Source: a virus
Taxonomy: Duplodnaviria > Caudoviricetes
DNA length: 43,416 bases
Virus record (IMG/VR): IMGVR_UViG_3300014656_000009
Coordinates: 1-43,416 of that record
Strand: one strand, 5' to 3'
Below are positions 27,353 through 35,505 of this stretch, in pieces. Each line of letters begins with the position of its first letter. The stretch's first letter is position 1. The translations under genes were made by a program, and so were the position numbers. The notes under the pieces are model-generated. The model saw only the letters and a program-made list of their open reading frames with translations. It was not told the origin of the DNA and searched no databases.

Positions 27353-28363
27353 ATGCTGAAAAGATGCTGGCTTATAGTTCTCTGTCTTGCCTTCGCTTCG
27401 CAGGTGGCAGGGGAGGATATATCGCCGAAGGATACGGTGTTCCTTGAGTATTCCACGCTGATTAACTATAACGGAAGTAGTGTAGGCACTGTGTTTGTAG
27501 AAGTCAAGCATGGTGCTTTGAAATACAGCGTTCCGCTACAAGATGATGGGGAGGGAGAATGGAGTGGAGCAATATATTTGCCTGATTCTCTCCCTGGCGG
27601 CGTGCCTACTGGCAGTTGGAACCGGAAGTATTTCTGGGCCTATGCTGGAGATACGACAAAGGAAGATGAGACATTCGGAGTCCGAGACACGAGCGAATTG
27701 CAGGGATCGGCTTCAGGGCTGACGGTCGGTGATATAATTGATTCACTTATTGCCATTGGCTATTTTGGCTCCGGTACAGGGTCCTACAAGGATACGATCA
27801 TAGTTCTGGACGAAGATACGAACACGGTCGAAGGCGTATCTATCACCGTTAGAAACGCTTCGGGAACGGTTGTAGCGGCACAAGAAAGCGACGTAAACGG
27901 CGTAAGAATTTTCAATCTTGATCCTACGGTTTATACTTTTAGTCTTCAGCGAATAGGCGTGATTGTTAGCGACGATACGACAATTACGGTTTCAGGGAAT
28001 CAGACCGATACGATTTGGGTGATGAGTTTCAGTCCTTCTGCACCACCAACAGACAGTGTTTGCATTGTCTATGGCTGGGTTAAACGATCTGGTGTCGGAG
28101 TTGGGGGTGCGAGGGTCAAAATGTGGCTTCCACAATTTCCGGTGACGTATCATGGCGTAATAGTAGATGCCATCAATCCAATGACCGTCACAACCGATAA
28201 TACCGGTTATTTTGAATTTGACGAAGGGTGGTATCCAAATAGCCTTTTGTTGCCCGCAAATACAAGATATATCTTTAGGGTAGAATGGCAGGGTCTAAAA
28301 TTTGAAAAGAAAATAGAAGTTCCGTTACAAGATAGTTGGCAGATAGAATTGGATTTACCGTAA
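27353..28363 (+). CDS. Exported protein with carboxypeptidase-regulatory-like/Ig-like domains, probable tail appendage
   Basis: MLKRCWLIVLCLAFASQVAG|E; VEGVSITV...SDVNG and VGGARV...TTDNTGYFEF motifs. Confidence 0.68.
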   Translation: MLKRCWLIVLCLAFASQVAGEDISPKDTVFLEYSTLINYNGSSVGTVFVEVKHGALKYSVPLQDDGEGEWSGAIYLPDSLPGGVPTGSWNRKYFWAYAGDTTKEDETFGVRDTSELQGSASGLTVGDIIDSLIAIGYFGSGTGSYKDTIIVLDEDTNTVEGVSITVRNASGTVVAAQESDVNGVRIFNLDPTVYTFSLQRIGVIVSDDTTITVSGNQTDTIWVMSFSPSAPPTDSVCIVYGWVKRSGVGVGGARVKMWLPQFPVTYHGVIVDAINPMTVTTDNTGYFEFDEGWYPNSLLLPANTRYIFRVEWQGLKFEKKIEVPLQDSWQIELDLP

Positions 28364-28455
28364 TAAGCGGAATTACTGATGTTTAGAGAACCTTAGAAAG
28401 CAACCAGGCGACTATTGCGATGGCTGTCAAGATCAGACCAAAGGTTAGACGGTTT

Positions 28456-28614
28456 TCAAGGTAGCGGGGGAACATTATTTCTCTTTTTTCGGATGGTGAT
28501 CCATGTGAACGCATTGGCACAGACGAAGACACCGACAATCATGGACGTAACTGTCCAGTCTATATAGTAGGATACCCTTTTGTCTAGTTCTCTAAAGTCC
28601 AAAACTGGATACAT
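28456..28614 (-). CDS. Possible 52-aa single-TM protein, the only plausible minus-strand gene
   Basis: GAGGG upstream of ATG at 28614; MYPVLDFRELDKRVSYYIDWTVTSMIVGVFVCANAFTWITIRKKR. Confidence 0.35.
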   Translation of the reverse strand: MYPVLDFRELDKRVSYYIDWTVTSMIVGVFVCANAFTWITIRKKRNNVPPLP

Positions 28615-28766
28615 TCCCTTTCCCTCAATTTTATGCAACTCTCCGGATTTTTTGTTTATCCTATAGACTATCCCCCCTAGGCTTTTTGTCGGATACCGTC
28701 GTGTTTGCTCTTTATTTCTTATAGTAAGGGTTTTTGTGTAATTATCGTCTAAGGCAAAGATTTTAC

Positions 28767-28795
28767 TTGACAAATCTCTGTGTGTGTCGTATATA
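28767..28795 (+). promoter_or_regulatory. Sigma70-type early promoter
   Basis: TTGACA-17 nt-TATATA at the start of the early module. Confidence 0.75.
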
Positions 28796-28836
28796 TATAG
28801 ACAGAGGAAAGAAATCTTAAACGAGAGGAGTGTCAA

Positions 28837-29079
28837 ATGAACGTAACGCAGATAGATGCAGATGATCGAGGCCACGACAGATTTTCCGTGGTGTCCGATT
28901 CCGGCAAAACCTACGTTGTCACGTATGACGGATCTGGCGACGGAGATCCGGAGTATGTTGCATTGTGGTCATGCACATGTCCGGCTTACAAATATCACAG
29001 AAACACGTGCAAACATATAACCGCGGTTGCGGAATTCTGCGACCAAAAAGAGGAGGAAAATATCAATGACCAAATTTAA
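28837..29079 (+). CDS. SWIM zinc-finger protein
   Basis: WSCTCPAYKYHRNTCKHI (CxC...CxH); GAGGAG RBS. Confidence 0.85.
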   Translation: MNVTQIDADDRGHDRFSVVSDSGKTYVVTYDGSGDGDPEYVALWSCTCPAYKYHRNTCKHITAVAEFCDQKEEENINDQI

Positions 29080-29200
29080 GCCCATGTTTTGCCCCCAGTG
29101 TGGATCGCGTCAGGTCTACACAAGAATTCAAACCTCAGAGCGTGTCTGTCGACGTTGCGGGCACGTCTGGAAAACGGAGGAAAAGAATGAAACCAATTAG
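29066..29200 (+). CDS. Zinc-ribbon protein, 44 aa (CPQCGS...CRRCGH), not in the ORF track
   Basis: Translated by hand; GAGGAGG RBS. Confidence 0.75.
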   Translation: MTKFKPMFCPQCGSRQVYTRIQTSERVCRRCGHVWKTEEKNETN

Positions 29201-29342
29201 ATGTGAAAATTGTGGTTCAAAATTAAATGATCCCGACCCTCTCCAATCATGCCCCGATTGTGGAGAGGACTGGACAAAGACTTTCGAGGAGAACGAAACG
29301 GACGATGAGGAATATAATGAGAGAATGTTGGAAACGCCATAA
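29187..29342 (+). CDS. Zinc-ribbon protein with acidic tail, 51 aa (start corrected)
   Basis: GGAGG RBS; CENCG...CPDCG. Confidence 0.7.
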   Translation: MKPIRCENCGSKLNDPDPLQSCPDCGEDWTKTFEENETDDEEYNERMLETP

Positions 29343-29386
29343 AAGATTAACCCCCTCCGCTTGCGGAGAGAAGGGAGTGCCGAACC

Positions 29387-29809
29387 ATGGAACTCACACA
29401 TGTAGAACAGAGCAGAGAAGAAAAACGAGAAATCAACGCAACCGAATTGATTAGATTTTCTGGTCACGAATTCCTGTCGGAATTTCGTGTTCGCAACATT
29501 GACAAATTTGAAGCCACCTTCAACGGGGTATGTTGTAGCGTCGAGGATACCTCCGGCGGATTCGGACTACCACATGTCATCGCCTACTGTGACAACCCAG
29601 CGGGATACAGAAAACCAAAAATTGAATTAGGGTTAATTGAAAGCGAAGACAGCGACGATTATATCCAGGATGGTAGCGATCCACTCAGGGTGAATGGCTG
29701 GGCATGGAGAATGCAATCGGATGACGAGCTCGTGAGTGGCGGCTGGAGCGACCAACTCTATCACACTGCTCAGGAGGCATTTGAAGCTGCTATAAAAACC
29801 AACGACTAA
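29387..29809 (+). CDS. Acidic hypothetical protein, 140 aa
   Basis: GGGAG RBS; open frame. Confidence 0.7.
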   Translation: MELTHVEQSREEKREINATELIRFSGHEFLSEFRVRNIDKFEATFNGVCCSVEDTSGGFGLPHVIAYCDNPAGYRKPKIELGLIESEDSDDYIQDGSDPLRVNGWAWRMQSDDELVSGGWSDQLYHTAQEAFEAAIKTND

Positions 29810-30175
29810 CGTCTCTCCGATAGATTTTGGAGGATGCTCGATTTTTGGCGACTTTGGATCGCTCCCTTATATTCAACCACTGTAAGGGAGATAATCCGGG
29901 TGCATACCGAACCTTTCCCGGATAAAAGTATTTCCTCTAACCATAGTTGAACTATATCTTGGGGTGTTTGGTTTTTTTACTTTTTACCCGCCGGGTAACA
30001 AAGTCGCAAAGTATCTAAACCAACACCCCAATCCAAAACCCTAAAATCTTAACCCCAAAAGCAAAGATTTAGAAACAAGGATAGGTTTATCTTTTTCCGA
30101 AACATTCAGGGAAAATCCGGCTCAACTTTTTTGCTAAGTCGTTGTCTTGTAAAGGCAATTTTTTTGAGATTTTTC

Positions 30176-30203
30176 TTGACAAAGGACAAACGCTGATTAT
30201 ATT
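30176..30203 (+). promoter_or_regulatory. Sigma70-type promoter
   Basis: TTGACA-16 nt-TATATT with T-rich upstream sequence. Confidence 0.65.
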
Positions 30204-30252
30204 GGGGGCGTATTAAGGTTAGACTAAAGTTTGCCGATAAACATTAAGCGAG

Positions 30253-30474
30253 GTGAATCGAATGCCAGTAAAGACGGAAAGAATTTGTAAAGGTCTTTTG
30301 GTGAAGCCTGATGCTAAGTTTTTTAAGTCTGGTGGGAGTATCGGATTGATTATTCCTTTGGATGTCGTTTCGAGCATAGGCATAACAGAAGGCAGGGGCT
30401 GCCGGATTTTTCGGAATATTGAGAATCAGCTTATCATCGAACTTACACAAGATGGCGAACCCAAAACTGAATAG
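30253..30474 (+). CDS. AbrB/MazE/SpoVT-like DNA-binding protein
   Basis: KSGGSIGLIIPLDVVSSIGITEG...QLIIE pattern. Confidence 0.75.
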   Translation: MNRMPVKTERICKGLLVKPDAKFFKSGGSIGLIIPLDVVSSIGITEGRGCRIFRNIENQLIIELTQDGEPKTE

Positions 30475-30588
30475 AATCGGATACTATTCGTCCTATTTTT
30501 TCACCCTAAAGGATTTGGGGTTTCTGCCGATGAGTATAGCTGTTAAACCTGGCAAGCAGATAGGGAGGGCATAAAAAAGGGCAACAAG

Positions 30589-30924
30589 ATGCTGCATGAT
30601 AAGCTGGGCTTTATTGCTGGACACGTGAACGAATACGCAGCTATGATTCTCCTAGACCTGAATCCAGATGATCTTAAAGACCGAAAGAAGTTTAGGAAGC
30701 TATTAGACCAAGATAAGGAAATAACGCTATGGAAAAACACCGAACAAATAGACACTCAATCGGTGTTCTTGTACCGCAAACGCCAAAACGAGAGGGCGCA
30801 GAAAATCGTGGATCGCGTGCTCAAAGAACTCCGAGAACTCAAGGAAGTGGACAAACAGGTTTTGAAGGAGGTCCAAGAGTTGAAAGAGGAGTTGAAGAAA
30901 GACAGAGGGGATGATAAGGGTTAG
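30589..30924 (+). CDS. Hypothetical coiled-coil protein
   Basis: Open frame with a charged helical C-terminus. Confidence 0.55.
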   Translation: MLHDKLGFIAGHVNEYAAMILLDLNPDDLKDRKKFRKLLDQDKEITLWKNTEQIDTQSVFLYRKRQNERAQKIVDRVLKELRELKEVDKQVLKEVQELKEELKKDRGDDKG

Positions 30925-31147
30925 TTTACATAGGAGTGTCCAGAGCCTTTGTTTTTCTAAGAGGAATTTCACTTGACCAATCAACCTTCGACCTCGGCGG
31001 GCTTTCTATGTTTAATATCGTAGGTAAATTCCCAATGTCAAGAGAAAAATGCAAGATTGTGCAAAAAAAGAACACTTGGAGGGGGGATGCCCAAATTGAC
31101 CTTGGCGGGTCCGCTTTGCCTGGGTGTCTCCCCTGCCGGAGAGGAAT

Positions 31148-31555
31148 ATGAAGGATAATTGGGGTCAAAGAGTTTATCGGCCTGGAGAACCAGAAGATAT
31201 TGACTACATAGCCATGAAACGAGAAATGACCAAAGTTGCAGGCTACACCTGTGAAAGTTGTAGGAAGAAATTTCCACAAAGAGAATTAACCTTGCATCAT
31301 GTTATACCTCGATGTGAAGGCGGACCCACCGAACCAGATAATCTAATCGTTGTCTGCAATCCCTGTCATAATCTTATTGAACCGCTGGAGTTTCGGACGA
31401 AAGTACATATCCGTTATTATGCCGCAAAGACAAAACTAAAAATAAAGAGAAGACCTATTGTTGCCATGGAAAAGCAAAATGACTGGCACCAATGGGTCTA
31501 TGGTGGCTGTCGGAATCCTCAACTTGACGTTATATCGACCAACAAACAGCCATAG
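31148..31555 (+). CDS. HNH endonuclease
   Basis: CESC...LTLHHVIPRCEGG...NLIVVCNPCHN; GAGGA RBS before ATG 31148. Confidence 0.9.
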   Translation: MKDNWGQRVYRPGEPEDIDYIAMKREMTKVAGYTCESCRKKFPQRELTLHHVIPRCEGGPTEPDNLIVVCNPCHNLIEPLEFRTKVHIRYYAAKTKLKIKRRPIVAMEKQNDWHQWVYGGCRNPQLDVISTNKQP

Positions 31556-31655
31556 AGACGTTCTGAGCAAAGATGCCGTTGTAGAAGTGGAGAAATGGCC
31601 CAATGAAGAACCAGTCTCATAAGTCCTTGAAACATAACAAAACCAGTTTTTCAAG

Positions 31656-31688
31656 AAAGGATGGCTGAAAATGGAATTTACAGACAAA
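31656..31688 (+). repeat. 33-bp exact direct repeat, copy 2 (spans the RBS and start of ORF 31671)
   Basis: Identical to 18892-18924. Confidence 0.92.
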
Positions 31689-31991
31689 AGTACGATTGGT
31701 GAAAAGTACCATCCAGCAATGGAAATCACCGACCAAGAAGAAGCGGATGCTTACTTTGAAAAGTGCGTCCAGCACACCATGTCTTTTGGTCACGAAACAA
31801 GAGAAAGGGCGGAAGAGATAGAGCGAATGAATTTGGGATATTTCGCTGGTTACTACGATACGGAAACAAGGCTTCGTGTAGAAAAACTATTCAAGTGTGC
31901 CCACCCGATTTTCGGTAAGGCAGTGGATGGAACACCAACACCAGAAGAGGCTTTTGAAGCTGGTAAGAAACTGGCAAAAGGAAGTAGCTGA
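31671..31991 (+). CDS. Hypothetical protein, 106 aa
   Basis: Open frame with NLGYFAGYYD and HPIFG segments. Confidence 0.75.
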   Translation: MEFTDKSTIGEKYHPAMEITDQEEADAYFEKCVQHTMSFGHETRERAEEIERMNLGYFAGYYDTETRLRVEKLFKCAHPIFGKAVDGTPTPEEAFEAGKKLAKGSS

Positions 31992-32083
31992 TTCACCTCC
32001 TCTCAAGACGTGTAATCAGCCCCCTCCCTCCGGCTGGGTTCGGCATCCACTGGCCGGAGCGGAGGGAAGAAAGGAGTAGAGAT

Positions 32084-32485
32084 ATGGATTTTATGGATTT
32101 ACAGAGATGGTACATCGAAGGACAGAAGGAGTGGGTTAAGGAGAATAACGCGAAGATCGGAGATTCGGTGCTAATTATGCGGGGTTGTAAATCTTCCGAA
32201 ATGGGTTGCAGTTGTGCTCCCTGTGATTTCCTTCATCCTCAGAAACAAGAGCAAGTCCGGAAGGTAGTAACAATCGATCAGATACAGCCATCCTTCATCT
32301 CCTCTAACGATGGTGAACATGTGTATTGTTGGCCTTGGTTCTGCCTCGAACTCGTCGAACACGCTCAGCCTGAATTCCGGCTTCCCGCAGAAATCCAGGA
32401 GATTATTGACAAGAGCCAGTTTGATGGCTGTGAAAAAGAGAGCCTTGCGAAACTGGTCGGGGAAATCCTGAAAAGAAAGGAGTAG
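32084..32485 (+). CDS. Hypothetical protein with an SH3/KOW-like segment
   Basis: AAGGAG RBS; KIGDSVLI...WPWFCLELV. Confidence 0.7.
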   Translation: MDFMDLQRWYIEGQKEWVKENNAKIGDSVLIMRGCKSSEMGCSCAPCDFLHPQKQEQVRKVVTIDQIQPSFISSNDGEHVYCWPWFCLELVEHAQPEFRLPAEIQEIIDKSQFDGCEKESLAKLVGEILKRKE

Positions 32486-32524
32486 ATATGGGAGAGATAA
32501 TCAAAAAGGCACTGGAGGATCCCC

Positions 32525-32644
32525 ATGCCTGAAATCCTGAAAGTCTGGAATAGTTTCGGCTTTGACACTATCTGCATCGCCTGGGGCTGTTTCTTCATTG
32601 GCTGGTACTTGTTGAAATCCTTCTTGGGAGAGAGACCGAGATGA
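32525..32644 (+). CDS. Small single-TM protein, 39 aa
   Basis: GGAGG RBS; ICIAWGCFFIGWYLL; ATGA coupling to the next ORF. Confidence 0.5.
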   Translation: MPEILKVWNSFGFDTICIAWGCFFIGWYLLKSFLGERPR

Positions 32645-33036
32645 AGGTTAAAGTCAAACAGGTTTATTACTGTGACTTCTGTAAAAAACACTCTCTTCTG
32701 CCCTTGCAGAAACATGAAGAGGGTTGCACCTTGAATCCAGACCGCTATTGCAGGCTTTGTGGAAGAGATGACCTTAAACCACTGATAGCAAAATATGCCA
32801 ACACGTATGTTTTGAAAGAAGAGGAGGGTGGGTTTGGGCCTGAGACAAAGGTTGAATGGACAAACGGAGAAGTCAAGATGGGGGATATTCTCAGTGACAC
32901 AGAGCATTGCCCAAATTGTACTCTGGCGATTTTAAGAATCAACAAGTTGTGCGAAACACACCTTGGGTGGAACTACAAGGAAGCACTGGAGTCATGGTGG
33001 GAAGACCAGAAACCAGTTAATGACTATTACTATTAA
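32641..33036 (+). CDS. Zinc-binding hypothetical protein
   Basis: YYCDFC...HEEGC..NP.RYCRLC...CPNC. Confidence 0.75.
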   Translation: MKVKVKQVYYCDFCKKHSLLPLQKHEEGCTLNPDRYCRLCGRDDLKPLIAKYANTYVLKEEEGGFGPETKVEWTNGEVKMGDILSDTEHCPNCTLAILRINKLCETHLGWNYKEALESWWEDQKPVNDYYY

Positions 33037-33051
33037 ACAAAGGGGGTAGCC

Positions 33052-33201
33052 ATGTCAACAAGATTCACGATAAACCAAGAAATCGGTTATGATCCCAGCG
33101 ACGACTATGGGGATCATCTTGGCAAGAGACTCATCCAACTAAGTGATGAGATAGACAAGATTCAAGAAGAACTCAAAGAACTTGATAGGAGAAAATTCTG
33201 A
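33052..33201 (+). CDS. Small coiled-coil protein, 49 aa
   Basis: Translated by hand; AGGGGG RBS. Confidence 0.55.
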   Translation: MSTRFTINQEIGYDPSDDYGDHLGKRLIQLSDEIDKIQEELKELDRRKF

Positions 33202-33499
33202 TGAACCCAGGTAACGGGCCAGGCACCCCCTTTCTTAAGTTGCATTTCTTTCCCCTACATCTTCAAAGCTTGGCCCGTGCCCGTTAAAAGAAAGGAATGA
33301 AATATGAAACAAGTAAAGCGGAGAGAGTTAAGGAGACAAATTGAAGAGCCCGTACTCAGAACGAATGACTAACTTCACCTGGCGCCCTCTTCCTGGTTCC
33401 CTCTTCTGCGACTATGACTACTGGGAGCTAATAGTTTTGTCCGTAGGCTTCTGGTTCATGTGGAGAGTGCTCTGTGTAGGATAAAGGAGATGAGAAGAT

Positions 33500-33694
33500 A
33501 TGAACTTTCAAGGATATATCAATAAGATTATGGTTACGACAAAGAAAGAGGGTGATGTGGAAACGGATTATGTACAACTGACCATATTGGCTCCACTTCG
33601 TCGAGATTTAAACTTGACTGAACTGATGAAGTATTTCCGAGAACCAAGTTATTTCGGAATCGAAGCCAGTCAAGTCGAACTCAACCCGGTCTAA
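33500..33694 (+). CDS. Hypothetical protein, 64 aa
   Basis: AAGGAG RBS. Confidence 0.65.
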   Translation: MNFQGYINKIMVTTKKEGDVETDYVQLTILAPLRRDLNLTELMKYFREPSYFGIEASQVELNPV

Positions 33695-33772
33695 ATAAAA
33701 CTCGACCCTCTCCCCTATCGCTCAGGTCGAGGGCCGTAAACCGCTAATCATAAAATAGGAGGAGGTTCAAAT

Positions 33773-34057
33773 TTGTCAAGAGAATTTTTCGATGAATATA
33801 CTACTGTTGACTGTAATGCTAAGGACTGTATTCATCATAAAGAAACTGATGATTGCCACTGGGGTATGTCACCACCGAACTGTCTCTGGTTGTGCGTTGA
33901 AATAAAACCGGATGGTTCAGCTAAGCTTAGCTGCCATAATTATGAAAGAGAGGATGAGGAAAATGTCAAGAGAAAAGTTGATAGAGCTGATTACAGCGGT
34001 CGCGGAATTAAGAAGGGACTGCATAGCAAAGGAAGAGAGGGTAAAAGCATTTCGTGA
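33773..34057 (+). CDS. Cys-rich hypothetical protein (DUF1540-like CNAKDCIHH)
   Basis: AGGAGGAGG RBS before TTG. Confidence 0.55.
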   Translation: MSREFFDEYTTVDCNAKDCIHHKETDDCHWGMSPPNCLWLCVEIKPDGSAKLSCHNYEREDEENVKRKVDRADYSGRGIKKGLHSKGREGKSIS

Positions 34058-34190
34058 AGGCTTTCAAAAAGGTGTAGGAACCGATTTGTCCATGTATTTG
34101 CAGGACGAATCTGAACCAGTCGAAGAAATGGCAAACGTAGGGGGCGGGAATGATCCCGAAACAGAAGAGGAAGGAGGTAAAAATGCCTAG
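33963..34190 (+). CDS. Hypothetical protein, 75 aa (start corrected)
   Basis: GAGG RBS before ATG 33963. Confidence 0.6.
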   Translation: MSREKLIELITAVAELRRDCIAKEERVKAFREGFQKGVGTDLSMYLQDESEPVEEMANVGGGNDPETEEEGGKNA

Positions 34191-34863
34191 TGAAAATATG
34201 CCAGTATTGGCAGAGAAGCACATCATTGCACCGTTGGGTACACCCGAACAGCTTTTAGACCTGTTGGAGCAATATGAGAAACTCAAAGCTAAGATCGTCC
34301 GGTCGGATGATCTCCAAAAAATTCAGGGCAAGGACTTTCTCAAAAAATCCTATTGGCGAAGGATTGCCAAATGCTTCGGGCTTTCCCTATCGCTGGACAA
34401 GGAATGGAAGGAAAACAACGAGGACGGAAGCCTGACTTTCTATGCTGTCTACACGGCGACCGCGCCTAACGGCCAAAGCTGTGCTGGTGATGGGGCCTGC
34501 AGTACGGCAGAAAAGGGATTGGAGAAAAGCCACCACAATGCCCGTGCCACAGCCCACACCAGGGCAAAGAACAGAGCTATTTCTGATCTGGTTGGCGGTG
34601 GCGAAGTATCCGCAGAGGAAATAAATGGAGATCATCAACCGTCAAAATCACCAACAGAAAAAGATTTGTTAATTAGTCCGGCTCAGGCAAAGCGGCTCTT
34701 TGCCGTTGCCAAAAGCAAGGGATATAACAACGAGGCAATCAAAGCACACCTTGTTTTGGAATATGGCCTAGAGCACAGCAAAGACATTAAGCGGGAATCC
34801 TACGAACAAGTCGTGGAAGACTTTAGCAAGGGAACCGCACTGAAGGGAAATGAGATCCAATGA
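34183..34863 (+). CDS. Putative single-strand annealing/recombination protein (Rad52/Erf/Sak-like)
   Basis: AAGGAGG RBS; FLKKSYWRRIA, GDGACS and ATAHTRAKNRAISDLVGGGEVSAEE motifs; C-terminal ISPAQAKRLF domain. Confidence 0.68.
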   Translation: MPSENMPVLAEKHIIAPLGTPEQLLDLLEQYEKLKAKIVRSDDLQKIQGKDFLKKSYWRRIAKCFGLSLSLDKEWKENNEDGSLTFYAVYTATAPNGQSCAGDGACSTAEKGLEKSHHNARATAHTRAKNRAISDLVGGGEVSAEEINGDHQPSKSPTEKDLLISPAQAKRLFAVAKSKGYNNEAIKAHLVLEYGLEHSKDIKRESYEQVVEDFSKGTALKGNEIQ

Positions 34864-35075
34864 CCGACCACAAGCACAAGTGCCCTTACTGTGAGGAAAT
34901 CTGTGAGTCGTTCACCGATCCGATTAGCGGTGAACCCTACAAAGATGCTTCCGGTGAAATGCACTGGTACTGCCCTAGTCATGGGCGCTGGAATCCGAGA
35001 ACGGTTAGGATGCGGAAGCAACGAGTACCAATGCAGGTGCTAGAGGACAGGGAAGTATATGGAGAAGGTGAATAA
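34860..35075 (+). CDS. Small zinc-binding protein
   Basis: CPYC...CPSHG; ATGA coupling. Confidence 0.7.
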   Translation: MTDHKHKCPYCEEICESFTDPISGEPYKDASGEMHWYCPSHGRWNPRTVRMRKQRVPMQVLEDREVYGEGE

Positions 35076-35186
35076 TGCTGGCCGCCTTGCTCTCTGAAAA
35101 TTCAATATCGAGGATCCACCCTCATTTGATTCTAGGATTGGAGGGCGGCTGGCTCCAAGAATTAGGCCGGTTCCTCGGCCCAAAAC

Positions 35187-35298
35187 CCCGCTGGCTTGCT
35201 GAATCAAAGCGGCTGTAGTTCAAATGGGAGAACATCGCTCACGGGCGACGTTGTAGGTTCGACTCCTACCAAGTCCACTTGGTTCGGCGGCCAGCGGG
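35187..35298 (+). ncRNA. tRNA-like structured RNA: D arm, tetraloop-capped anticodon arm and T arm inside a long closing helix
   Basis: TA-GTTC-AAATGGGA-GAAC; TCGCT-CACG-GGCGA; GTAGG-TTCGACT-CCTAC; 35187-35207 pairs with 35279-35298. Confidence 0.75.
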
Positions 35299-35322
35299 AA
35301 AAAGAAAGGAGAAAGAGGAGAG

Positions 35323-35496
35323 ATGCCCTTATATCATGCTCAGGATGAAGATGAAGAATTATGGATCGCCGCAAGAGATTATGGCGATGCTGTAAATAAG
35401 TGGACAGCGACTAAGGAGAGGGTTCGAGTCCCTCTTACCGTTGCAGACCAACTGCCGTGCGGGCCACTAGAACCAGGATGCAGAAAACGAAGATAG
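35323..35496 (+). CDS. Hypothetical protein, 57 aa
   Basis: GAGGAG RBS; translated by hand (MPLYHAQDEDEELWIAA...). Confidence 0.6.
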   Translation: MPLYHAQDEDEELWIAARDYGDAVNKWTATKERVRVPLTVADQLPCGPLEPGCRKRR

Positions 35497-35505
35497 GAGA
35501 AGGCT

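Noticed and set aside
7201-28363. Signal-peptide genes as captured host DNA or a chimeric contig
   Set aside because: They occupy the syntenic positions of adaptors, nozzle and fibres, carry phage structural motifs, and are coupled to flanking phage genes in a closed circle.
35209-35277. Functional tRNA gene
   Set aside because: The anticodon loop is 4 nt and the 7-bp acceptor stem is mismatched, so no amino acid can be assigned. Reported as tRNA-like ncRNA.
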